Below are positions 1 to 11,617 of a DNA stretch of 39,422 bases, piece by piece. Position numbers and translations under genes: made by a program. The DNA is taken from NCBI RefSeq assembly GCF_001186125.1, contig NW_014039727.1:1-39422 (forward strand), written 5' to 3'. The first letter of the stretch is position 1. Each line of letters begins with the position of its first letter. The notes beneath the pieces were generated by a model. The model saw only the letters and a program-made list of their open reading frames with translations. It was not told the DNA's origin and searched no databases. This DNA is from Sphaeroforma arctica JP610 (Eukaryota).

Positions 1-90
1 TACATATACATACATACATACATACATATATATATATATATACATACATTACATATATACCGTTATGCATACATACGTATATACATTCAA

Positions 91-125
<35 letters not shown>

Positions 126-140
126 TATAGATATATAATA
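1..140. repeat. (TACA)n/(TA)n microsatellite in kinase intron
   Basis: Directly visible tacatacata/tatata runs. Confidence 0.9.
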
Positions 141-336
141 TGCGTATTGGAGCATAACTTTGTGCTTGTGTTTGAAGGCAAGATTTAATTAAATATGCCA
201 AAATTAATCGATATACACGTGTATACATTCATCAATTAAGATTTGGGTAGGCTTATGTGCCACGTAAAAGGCAATCTCATGCAAGTCTGTTATTGTCACA
301 CTGTCCGAGCAGTCAAAATAATCGAGTATAACATAC

Positions 337-601
337 TTTTTGCGACGTATTTGATAGCCACCTTCTTGTTAGTCCGTTTATCCTTCGCTACACGCACCGT
401 AGAAAACCCACCCTGACCTATAACCCCGCCGACAACGAAGGAGTCCTCCAGCCTCCCCTTGGTAACCATGCGCTTCAATGCGAGCAAGTCGTTACGAGTG
501 GGACACATGTCTGTTTGCTCACAGGGCTTTGAAGCGCCTGATCCACAGTTGGGTCCGTTCTTTTGGCGGATTCTACGATTCGTGCGTAGTTTTCTGTACA
601 T
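337..601 (-). CDS. Ser/Thr protein kinase, CAMK-group-like; first coding exon only, gene continues beyond the left edge
   Basis: Translation has kinase subdomains I-II: IGQGGFSTVRVAKDKRTNKKVAIKYV (GxGxxS loop, VAIK). It is followed by donor AAAA|GTATGT (intron starts at 336) leading into a microsatellite-rich intron. Start is uncertain: ATG at 601, at 508, or the Met of MVTKG. Confidence 0.8.
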
Positions 602-1446
602 CCAGCGCAGGACCCACTTCTAGGAAATAGCGGGTGGAAATCTGTGTACAATTTTGGTGCCTGAGAGCGGCGGATCAGGCACAGTATTCTAGTAGTATTA
701 CCAGCAATATTCCTGAGCCCTAACAAGATCCATACTCCTACTATAATATATCGGCCAAAGCTTGCATTGTAAATGCCAACTCATTCGGTGAGCTCAGCCT
801 AGCGAACACTTTTAAAAAGAGAGTGTCGTCTGTTTCGAGCATAAACTCGCCAGACGTGCAAGCATTTACAAGTATGTGATAGTGTTACGGTACATGAATT
901 TTAAATCATACATTCATACATACCAAGATTTTTTTTTCCGAAATATACCCCAGAGGGCTCATGAGGGAAAAAAAAGTCAACTCAAAATAAAATGGTCCAA
1001 TCATTTAAGGTTCCCACTATTCACCTCAGTGACCTCACAGAGATCTGATGCCATCGCCTCTCTCTAAAGTCAAAATTGCGCCATTGCTATGATTCAAAAT
1101 CAACAAAGCTATAGAATTGTGAATTACTAGATATCAGAACCAAAGCTTTGTTAGGGCAAGTCTTACCATTGTCAGCCGTCAGGCGTATGACAGTCAAGTG
1201 TATTGGTTTCTTGGGCAAAATGTTAGAAGTGGTAGCTTAAAATCTTTTAATATCGATACTGATGTTACACTTAGCTTTCGCACAAATCCGAATAAAAGCC
1301 CCTCGTGTACTTAACACCTCACTAATTTTTTAATAATCTTGCAGCCTTATATATCAGATATCAGCTAAGTCCTTATCATTGCGAAGATTGGAAGGGCTCC
1401 TCCCCGTTCTCATTCACCCTACTTCTTAACAACTCTACTCGGGCTG

Positions 1447-1687
1447 GCTCTGCCGTGTTTATCATATATTCTATATTTCTTTTAGTTGCATACCGCATAT
1501 CACGCTCTCAGCTCCGCAGTTGCGGCCTCTGCTGTGTTTATCATATATTCTATATTTCTTTTAGTTGCATACCGCATATCACGCTCTCAGCTCCACAGTT
1601 GCGGCCTCTGCTGTGTTTATCATATATTCTATATTTCTTTTAGTTGCATACCGCATATCACGCTCTCAGCTCCACAGTTGCGGCCTC
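1447..1687. repeat. Three tandem 79-bp copies spanning the stop codon and proximal 3' UTR of the RUN-RH gene
   Basis: Unit tgctgtgtttatcatatattctatatttcttttagttgcataccgcatatcacgctctcagctccacagttgcggcctc starts at 1451, 1530 and 1609. The leftmost copy differs at 1454 and 1516. Confidence 0.95.
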
Positions 1688-4600
1688 GGCGCGAGCTCTA
1701 GCCCTGGCCTCCCGTTTAGCCTTAGCTAAACCAACTTTCTCCAGTCTGCGACACTTTGGGCACGCGTCAGCATCGAAGCAGTGGGTGTGTGCGAGTGAGT
1801 GGCACTTTGAACAAGCGGTGGTTTCCGCTAGGTGGAATGGGTATATAATATCCTCCGACCTGCAGAACTCACAGTAACTCCCCTTTTGTGAGCAGAGATC
1901 GCATGCCAGCACGTGTTTTTCACACCACTGCGACAGTTGATGCAGTAGCGTATCCAATTGTAGGTGATTAGCGAGCACCAAATCATTGAGCGAATACAAC
2001 TGCTTGGGATCGACCAGATGCAGCTGCAAAGGCCCCACTTTGCGCAGGATTTTGCTGGCATTCTCCACGCGGCACGTCAGCACAAAGTCGATCACCGCAC
2101 ACAACCTCTGTCGCAGCTCCGCCGCCCGTTTCAGCTCGGGCACGTGGAATGTCAGGAAAGGGTTCACCTGTGCCAGATCAATGATGGGCAACTCGCGTAT
2201 GAAGTTCAGCGTGGGAACGGCATGCGCCGATACTGTGTACAGGCGACAGTCCCAGTTCATGAGCACGCGGGCCGGTATGATATGTTTATCAGTACTCATG
2301 CATGGCTTACAGTAGTACAACCCTGTGAGATTGCACACCCAAGGCTGGTTGGTAGTACCTGGGCCTAGCCCTCGCGAGCAGCCTGTGCCCGCACATACAT
2401 AGTCTTGCACCGCCAAGCCCCGTTCGCACCCAAATTCAGTCATGTACCTGGCCGTAAGCTCTGCCGTGATACCCGCAGGAACCACCTGTCCGTCTTGAAC
2501 AGAGCTCAAAGGTATGATGTCGAACCCCACAATTCCCGATAATGATGTGCGCCTGCGATCGCCTTTGGTACCCCGTGGCTGATACCTCACGCCCGATGAG
2601 TGTGCACTTCCTACAGATGGTACAAGCGACACACGACGCAATGGATACCCCACAGCATCGACCGTCCTGCGCCGGCTGATATCGTGCGCAGTTCCTGGCA
2701 GTATTGGATCAGATGCTTGTGAGCTAGCAGTCCGCACAGATGTCAGAGCGGCGCTGCTTTGTTCGTCTGTGCGTAGCTGTTGCGAGTGTGCCTCCAGTGG
2801 TTGCGGCTCAGATGCCAGACGACTGATGGCCGCGATAAGCATGGGCGATACCAGCACGTTCTGCAGGTGCACCGTGCACTTCTCCTCCTGCGTGACCAGA
2901 CTGTACAAGGCCTGTATTGACAGGTGTGCGCGTGGATAGGGGTGTGCATACATCTGCGACCCCCCCATAGCCATACCTAGGCCCATACCCTCAACCCCAT
3001 GGAGGCCATCGCTGTCCGGAGTCCCCGATAGCCTGGGAAAGGTCGCGAGTGCATCGTTGATCTCATTTATCGAGTTAACATTGGAGGTGTTCACGCGACT
3101 TGGGAAGATCGGGATGGTGAACACATTGTCCGTGCTTGGCGATTGCAACGGTGTGACATCGCTGTCGCTATCACTTGGAATAGCAGGTAGGGCCGGTTCC
3201 TGCTGCCCACCCTCTATCCTCGATTTTTGTGTGCCTTTAGCATCTGATAGAACCGCTCCCATATACACATTTCCAGGACAGTCGGAGAGCTCTTTATCAT
3301 CCTCACGGGTGTCTGGCTGCTTGCGTTCAGTTCCCGAGTCACATATTTGAGGCTCTAAGCCTGGTGACATTCTAACGTCTTCCTTCGCTCTCCTATTCGT
3401 GGCTCGTGTCAGCAAGCGATCAACCATAGCACCTGCACCGTATGTGACATCCACCCCTGCACCCACACCCTTCTCTAAATTTATATTTGCGTATATATTG
3501 TTAATATCTGCATATGTATTGTTGTCGGCGTCGGTCGAACCTATATCGGCATCCGGGCTATTCCGCTTGTTTTTAGTGGGGCGCTTATAAGCCAAACTCC
3601 GCAGATGCAAGTCCACGATGCTGTCGTTATCGTTAGTGTCTGCTATGGCTGTAAGCACAGTCGAGTCAGTCAGTGATGGGTTGCTTTTGATCCTTTTCGC
3701 CGTATAATCCCGGGTTCTAGCAGCAATATCCGATTGCTGGGTAGAATCACCTTTCTGTTCTTTGTCTCGTCGGCTATCCAAAATCGTACTATTCCTCATA
3801 CTCGTTTCCGCACCGTCACCCTTTTCGCTCCTGGTGCCCGTGTAGCTTGGCTCCAGTTTCGCACGACTGCTGCGGTGTGACCTGGACGATTTGCGAGAGC
3901 GTGAATGTCTGCTACTGCTCGACCGGATGGATACATTGTCTTCCATGCCAGCCGACGGAAGGGCAAAGGTAGGCCCGGAGAAATCCCTATGTTTCTTCCG
4001 GGGAGTATTATCTTTGTGGTACTTTATCTTTGCGGCTGGTGCGTTCTCCTGTGCGAGTGCTTGTGTAGGATAAATTGTGAATCTGAGATCAAGTAGGGGC
4101 TGTAGAAACCGGATTAAGTCTTGCAAAAACTCCACATTCCGCATGTAGCCATCCGATTCATAGTGGGTTTCTGCTTCACTTTGGTTGGTCAGCACGGTGT
4201 TGAGAAACCCTATGAATGAGCATTCGTTCAAGGACTGCCGTAACCACGCTTTACACTTGTCGCTCTCTTCATCCACGCCTGCATTTGATTTCAGCCATGT
4301 AATGCAAATAAATGTGCTTAGAGGATCCCATAAAGTGCGCATAAACAAAATCGATCACTAGATTGACAATGAATCAGAACGGAGAGATCTTCGACAACGT
4401 TCTCTGAAGTTGTGGTCTTGAGGCAGAGAGACGCGCAATGATACACAAATATACACATAGCACAATTGAAGGTCTTGATATTGTTAGGCATGAGCCATTG
4501 GCCAAAAATATGCGCACCTACTATAGCAGATAAAAGCGTTGGACAATATAATCACCTTTGATACTACAAAATCACACTGGCCATAACAAGAGACTTCGAA

Positions 4601-4961
4601 TACGGATGAACAAAAGACTAAGAATGAGCGTACTGGTATCAGCGATAATCTAGTGATGTGATATTCGCAGTAGTTGGGTAGTCGAATGCCAAGTATTGAA
4701 ATCATCATATTGCATTTATTCCCAGCCTTTGGTATGTACATCGATCTCTTGTATCCATGAGAACAATGTCAATCCAAAGAAGAAATAAAACATGAAGAAT
4801 GTGAACTATACTCGCAAAACAATATAGGCGTACGAGAAAAAGCCTTTGGGAGATACATTGCCCGTAATCTGGCAGATGTTTGTTCATATAAAGCAGATGT
4901 AGAATTTGGTCGTAGAAATTGGAAATAAGTCTGCTCACTTGAGGATAGACACAGAAAGTCT

Positions 4962-4993
<32 letters not shown>

Positions 4994-4996
4994 CAT

Positions 4997-5029
<33 letters not shown>

Positions 5030-5105
5030 ATATGCATGATACATACATACATACATACATACATAAATACATATAATGCAGGCAGACACACACATATACA
5101 TACAT

Positions 5106-5136
<31 letters not shown>

Positions 5137-5317
5137 CATATGTATGTATACATACATACGTATATCGACCTACACACCCACATACACCCATATATATATA
5201 TATATATATATATAAAGGTATAGACATATCATTAAAGATATAGATTTAGAAATATATCTATATATATATATATAAATGCGTGTGTGTGTGTAAATATATA
5301 AGCATACACACACACAC

Positions 5318-5354
<37 letters not shown>

Positions 5355-6386
5355 AGTATATACGTACATACATACATACATACATACATACATGTACACA
5401 TACATACATACATAGAATATATATATAAATATATATATATGTATAAAAATATTTTTCGATATTTAACTACATAGCAAAAAGATCAATGTTGACCTCGTCT
5501 ATACTCATGGCAAGTGCATGTCCCTAAAATTGTAGGTCTCCAAATACGGGGCTACCATGCTACTTAGTGCACCAGATTGATATAAAACTGTCTTATGGTA
5601 ATGTACAACACATGAAGACCCGCGGATGGCAGCAGCTACGCCGTTAGTAACTGGAACATACATTGTGTAGGACAGTCAGATAGAAAATGTATTCCTACAT
5701 ACTAAGGGAACAAGGACATTTGCAAGAGCACTTTTTCTAACAAAATATAATCATACGCAGAAATAAAGAAAGCCTAGAATAAATGCCTCAAGTAATTTTA
5801 CATTTTAGACATTTATGATCCGCATCTGGCACATGACCGAAATTTGACTTGCTTCAGGTAATTGAAGCCACATTCCCTGATATATTGAGAGCTCCCGAAG
5901 GCCGAAATACAACTCATGGCAGAGCTCCTCCAACAAAAGATTTGTGGATTGTTAAAAAGAAAAGTTGAGTATGAAATACTCTAATAAATCGTTACGAACC
6001 AAACATAGTTATTTGTTGGCAGTTGCACAGGCACGATACTTCATATGTATGACAACCCCACACGCAAAACCCATGTTTTACCGAATACAAACTACTGAGC
6101 TGCAATGTTTTGGTGACTTACCTCGCATATCATTCACCAGTTTGATAGCGACATCATCTAACAATGCACTTATGAATGGCCAGGCAGTAGCACCGTTGTG
6201 CGCCCAGCGACTACGCACGCCGTTGTTCAGCACTACTAGAAGCTCATCACAAAGCGAGATTGCGTCTTGGTTGAAGTGTGTCACCGTACTCGAGTCTCTC
6301 CGTTCACAGTCTTCTACGATTTCACCCACTAACCTTTTTACAGACAATAAAGGAGAATCTGCGCCCGCGATTGAAGGGGCACTCAT
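1658..6386 (-). CDS. RUN domain + C-terminal Rubicon-homology (RH) zinc-finger protein, PLEKHM1/Rubicon family, about 961 aa, 2 exons
   Basis: Exons 6386-6122 and 4278-1658; phase-1 intron G|GTAAGT...GCAG|GC. The join reads AIKLVNDMRGVDEESDKCKAWLRQSLNE, matching the RUN motif GRxRAWLRxxL. The C-terminus has the RH Cys/His pattern CAGTGC, CNLTGLYYCKPC, IIPARVLMNWD, HVLACDLCSQKGSYCEFC, CSKCHSLAHTHC, CPKCRR. Confidence 0.88.
4964..5445. repeat. Compound (CA)n/(TA)n/(TACA)n microsatellite in the RUN-RH intron
   Basis: Directly visible; it is the source of the spurious YI/CV-rich ORFs. Confidence 0.92.
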
Positions 6387-7950
6387 GATGATACACACCG
6401 GGGAGATGATTGAATGTACAGAGTATCTCATCCAAGCACGATAGCTATAGATAAGTAGTGGATATGGTAAAAAAGAGAGATCACATTTGGACAAAACTGA
6501 CAACCGAAAAAGTCATAGCCTTCTAAAAAATAGACAAAAAAAGTGAAATTTATATTTTTAAAATAGTACCGAAGATTTCCATCAATTTATCGGTTTTGAT
6601 ATGAGAAACCAATAAGATTGGAAAACGCTATTATTTATAAATAGACTTAATACGGTGATCATCTCATCATGTTTTACGATTTCTCAACCTGAATCCAAAT
6701 TATCAAATTCGGACTTCCCTTTTGAAGCGCAAATATCCGTTTTTGTTTTTTTCGGGATGGTTTAGTAGAGCGCCTCTCTGAGACATGTGCAGTACTGAGA
6801 CTCATTTGTCGTGAAAGTATGATTTGTAAATATACCTAGCATAGCCTCCTAAATTGTACAACATAGCCTGTTTCCAAAATAAAAAATTTAGCTCGATTGT
6901 CATCAACAATTCCAACCAACATATTCCAAAGTGACCACTACCCCAGCTATCAGTCATCCTAAAGACCTAAATTGTATCAGAAAATGGAGTATTTATTTAC
7001 TATGTATTTACTACTCTAATACATAAATGCTCTATTTAGGTCTGTTTCTCTGTGAGAGTTCCAGAAGTCCAGGTCTCCAGTCCTCCCCTCTCCCCTCTCC
7101 ACTCTCCACTCTCCACCCCAAAGTCTCCACACTCAAGCCTCCCAGGTCCAGGACTCCAAGGACCAGAACGCCATCACACACGACAAAGGCTTCTGACTTG
7201 GTGTTGCAAAAATTGATGATGCAGCATTTCTGTCAATCACGAATTCTCTGTGGAGGATGGGCTATTCCATTCTTCACTGTATTCCAATCAGATGGGGTAA
7301 AGAAAGCAAGGGATCAAGCCTACACAGACTTTTTTTTCTTGCAAATACTACTACAAATACATAGTCGTAAAAATCTAAATATATATTATATATACATGTA
7401 TAAATATATCGTGCATCGTACCCCTCTGCACGACATTTTATAGCGCACTATCAAAAATCTGACGTTGGGCTGTCTATTACGTACCTGTGCTGTAAGCATA
7501 AAACTTGAACTACATTGTGTGCTGCTTCAAAGATAAACGATTACTTCATACTTTATTCGATGAACAATTTGGCATCTGATATTAATCGAGCACGCGATCT
7601 GACTGCTGATTGATATCACCCTAGTCTGGACTCCATCCTGTATGCTTCATCTGCACCGACCAGTCCAAATTTTGGATCAAGATTTACACACAGTATATGC
7701 AACAATACAATCTGTAGCATACGATCTGTTAACTCTCGGATTAATTATTATACTGAGCTTATAACACGATCGCACGGGCCACCATACCGACATCGCACTC
7801 AGACTTATCGGTGGAGCCTTTTGCGATTATTTCCATAGTCGATTACGTTCAGCGTATCGTTTTAACAATTTAAAGTGCACTTAGAATTGTTTTTTTAGAA
7901 GACTATCTTACACTTTCTTAGACCATCAGCAGTCACCTTACGAACTCAAG

Positions 7951-9079
7951 ATGGGGATGTACGATCTACGTTACCTGTCGAACAAACAGGTGTACGTCTG
8001 TAAGAACTGTCAAACGCATCTCTCCAGTCCCGACGATATCATCTCCAAGGTAAGGAGGTATTCCATTTCGCATCTTTCTGTTGATCATGGTTATTTTGAA
8101 CACTTTAGGGCCACTTTCATGTTCGAATTTGAATTCAAAGGATACTTGATCTGATTTTTCTTTACTCTTGTATTTTCACAGTCCTTCCAGGGTGCCTATG
8201 GACGCGCGTTCCTCTTCAACGCTGTGTAAGTGTATTTTTGGCTTTTGTATGAACGGATACAGAGATTCAGACCATACAAACAGCCGGCTTTATAATCTTT
8301 TATGTTTCGAAAATTGCGAATGTCTTGAAGGTTGTGTCTATTTAAAAAAATTCCATAAGTCCGCATGTTCGAGGTAGTAAATATTGCTTTGGAGAGTTCC
8401 TTGTGTTCGAGCACAGTCGCTGGATACAGTTTGAAAAGCGAGCTCATGAATCCATGTATAAATATTAAGCTCGACATACATGATGATAACGTATTGTTGA
8501 TCCTATCATACAGTGTCAACCTGTGTGAGACTGGAGAGCCCGAGGATCGCAATATGGTATGTGGAGCATTGTGTGATCCTCATTGCCTTCTGCCAGTTTT
8601 TTCTTCATTTCATATGGCAGTGAAACATCCGTTTGATTCCTATAACCATGATCATGTTTGATACTTACTTCTGCGCAGACTACTGGACGTCACACGGTCG
8701 TCGACGTTATGTGCAAGAAGTGCGAGACTGTGCTAGGCTGGAAATATGTAAGTAGCACAGCAATGTGGAACCGAAGACACAGGAGTCAACTTGGCTTATC
8801 ATTTTCTTGTATATTTTAATTGAATCTCGTGTCTGCCTCAAAGTTTCTCATATGTCTTGATCATTTACTACCTTGTCTTTTCAACTATAGAAGAAAGCTC
8901 ACGAAGCTTCCCAGAAGTACAAGGAAGGCAAGTACATCCTGGAACAGAATCTCATCCAGACAGAACGGGAGGCGCTGGCGTTGCCCCTCTCTCCGTCAAA
9001 TTCACCCCCATCTGAGCGAGCACGCCGCCAAATTCCAACTCGAAGACGACCACATGATTTACTAACCACGACGATATAA
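7951..9079 (+). CDS. YPEL: Yippee-like zinc-binding protein (YPEL/Moh1 family), about 147 aa, 5 exons
   Basis: Exons 7951-8049, 8182-8225, 8514-8556, 8679-8747, 8891-9079, all GT-AG and in phase. Protein: ...YVCKNCQTHL...IISKSFQGAYGRAFLFNAVVNL...[46 protein letters not shown], with two CxxC motifs and the Yippee signature. Confidence 0.93.
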
Positions 9080-10139
9080 GCGTGAAACAAGCTTGACGAA
9101 AATCGCCCCGGACTAGTATCGGGCAGCATAGGTTGCGGTTAGATTGCAATGCCTGCGTACCATTGTGTATATGTAGGTATCCTTGTGCGACAAAAGACCT
9201 GTTCGTGTCAGACGGAAAACTGTCGACACGCTGGCCCCTTCAATTGACTATAAAAAAAAGCCCGAAGATGCACTTGTGGATTTGATTTCATGAACAAAAT
9301 TCACGAATAATACAACGCTTGGCTTTCGACCAAGACCGTTGTATCGTACGCATCATGTAAATATAATTCGAGAATCATTTAACACTGCTTAATGTACTTT
9401 TATTCTGCTTGCTAGATGCATCCAATCCAGCTACAAAGGTTCCGCTGCTGGCGATTAAATACTGCTACTGAGCCATTCAAAAGACTACCAGCTTCAACGG
9501 TGATGTGGCAATAATACTACCGGTTGGAGCTACATAAAAGATCGCGAGATGGTGAGTGAGGCCCAGGTGTGATTCTGAAAGAAAAGAAAAATACAATTAA
9601 GGCGAGGCCCCGATCGTAAACGATCTCGAGACTTGCACGACGCGGTGAGCAATACAACGAGATGGCCGACTTCTTGTAGTTCATATGTCGCGTCTATAAT
9701 ACGAGGTCGCTATGGTAGTTTAAATATATAGGCATTTTCACACACACACATATAATAATAATAATATATATATCCTGGCCCAGACAGCAAGATATAAAGT
9801 CAAACCTATGTGGTAATACTAACGAGCTCCACCAATACCGTCAAAGTATGATAACGAGCAAAGGTTTGCCAATAATAATTGCTGATATCTCCAAAAATAG
9901 ATAGACGCTGAAGACCTCGAAGGCGAGCAATCGTGAAACAGAAGTCGACGGGAATCAATCTCGTTTAGAAATCAGTGTAAAAATCGCTACACTGATTACT
10001 CTGAGTATTGCTTTTGTGTAGTTCTTTCAACATACGAACAGGCAGCCATATTCAACTTCAATACCAAAAGCCGAAATATTCACATCTACAAACATGTATT
10101 TGATGCGCGCTCTTCGCATAGGCGCCGAAGTATCAAACC

Positions 10140-10560
10140 ATGGATATACAAACATTTACGCTCGCACGCTATACACCACACACAAAGTATTTCGGTACAC
10201 CAGCGGGTTTTTGTTCATCACACCGCTGAATATAGAACCACATTCTCGAGGTCATCAGCACCATACTCTTCATATAATTGGGATCAGCATTTAATTATAG
10301 ATACACAATCATTCAATGTATATCACATTGCAATTCCGCGTTTATAGTATAATCGAGTCTTCGTGCTTATTTCTGGATATACTAACACTCAATATACACC
10401 CAGTGTATATTCGCACCTATCATACAATCGGGTCACACTAAATTGATTGTACATCCGCGTTCATCATATCATCGGGTCTCAATATTTAGCTGGATACACG
10501 AAACACTACACATCGTATATCCGCAACTGTCATGTAGTCAAGCTTCAGTACTGAATAAAG
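10140..10560. repeat. Degenerate tandem/minisatellite-like array
   Basis: Recurring motifs tggata(t/c)ac..aacact, gtatat(t/c)cgca and atcgggtc at irregular spacing; highly diverged. Confidence 0.4.
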
Positions 10561-11617
10561 GATTTATAATCACTCAATTCACAGACATAATACCATATAC
10601 TCCGGCCTCATTATTAAATTAATGATATCCAGCATTTAATGTATACACAGACATATACATACAATTTTTACATACTACTATAAACCCGATGTTCAAATTA
10701 CAACTTTATGGTACCCTCGCTCGCTTATAGCAAACACGGTAAGTTTTTTATGAGTAAACCATACAGATAGATACAATAACAATAAATTCGTAATTACTAA
10801 CGTTGCGTATATCATATATTGCACTCGCAACTACTAACGTTGCATATATCATACAATACACCATAAGATCTAATGGCAAATTCCCAAACACGCATATATT
10901 GCACACGTATTATCTAACCACACACATTCTTGGCCCAGTAAACAAAGAAAGGTAACAAGTATATATTGATCTACTGACCAGCTCCACTTTGATTGCTCTA
11001 GTTAGATTCAGTTTTACATACAACCAAAATGTACCATCAAATACTACTGTACCAACATAGACGTTACAATCTTCAGGCAAATAAAATTCTGCAACTGCAC
11101 CTCAAGCCTATAGTTATAAATGTTACATCATTATACAAACATACCTACAAAAATTTATACCAGACTATGGCGCATACTTCCGCTTCTGGTAATATTTTGC
11201 TATATTACGCAACACGCTGCCCAGTTATTCACCATGCCACGTTCGCTAATTCCATGCAGTCTATTAGCTCCAATTTTTCTTTACGGTCAACCTTTTCAGC
11301 AATAACGCCGAACAAAGCCATCGTTATAGACAACACATCATACGCTCGGTAGTGTATACATGCATATCAGTTACAAACCATGGAACGTTGTTCTTGGTGG
11401 GACAACGATCTGCTCCGATTGAGACTTTTGAACATGAATAGAACTATATATACTGTCAATAGCACTTCAACTTGTATTGTAAGATAGGCACCTGTTTAAT
11501 AGTTATGTATAGATCAAACGCCTACCACGCCTCACAAGTCGATTAGTCCTGGAGAAGCGCGTGTTATCAGTCGTTGCTAGCCAGTATCCTTCTTCAACTG
11601 ATTACTTACCGTTATAC

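Noticed and set aside
1447..1687. CRISPR-like repeat array
   Set aside because: Units are contiguous with no unique spacers, there are no cas genes, and the context is eukaryotic.
4705..5474. YI/CV/HT-rich ORFs here and at 14600-15033, 29696-30429 and 37053-37700
   Set aside because: They are translations of intronic microsatellites, some spanning N-gaps.
5965..6444. 159-aa plus-strand ORF
   Set aside because: Antisense to RUN exon 1, which splices in phase to complete the RUN motif.
10100..10470. C/D box snoRNAs (RTGATGA on the minus strand at about 10467 and 10221)
   Set aside because: No CTGA D box at a suitable downstream distance and no terminal stem.
11229..11321. Short minus-strand ORF MALFGVIAEKVDRKEKLELIDCMELANVAW-TGA, considered as a selenoprotein or micropeptide
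   Set aside because: No redox motif, no SECIS seen, a TAA follows 8 codons later, and no recognisable homology.
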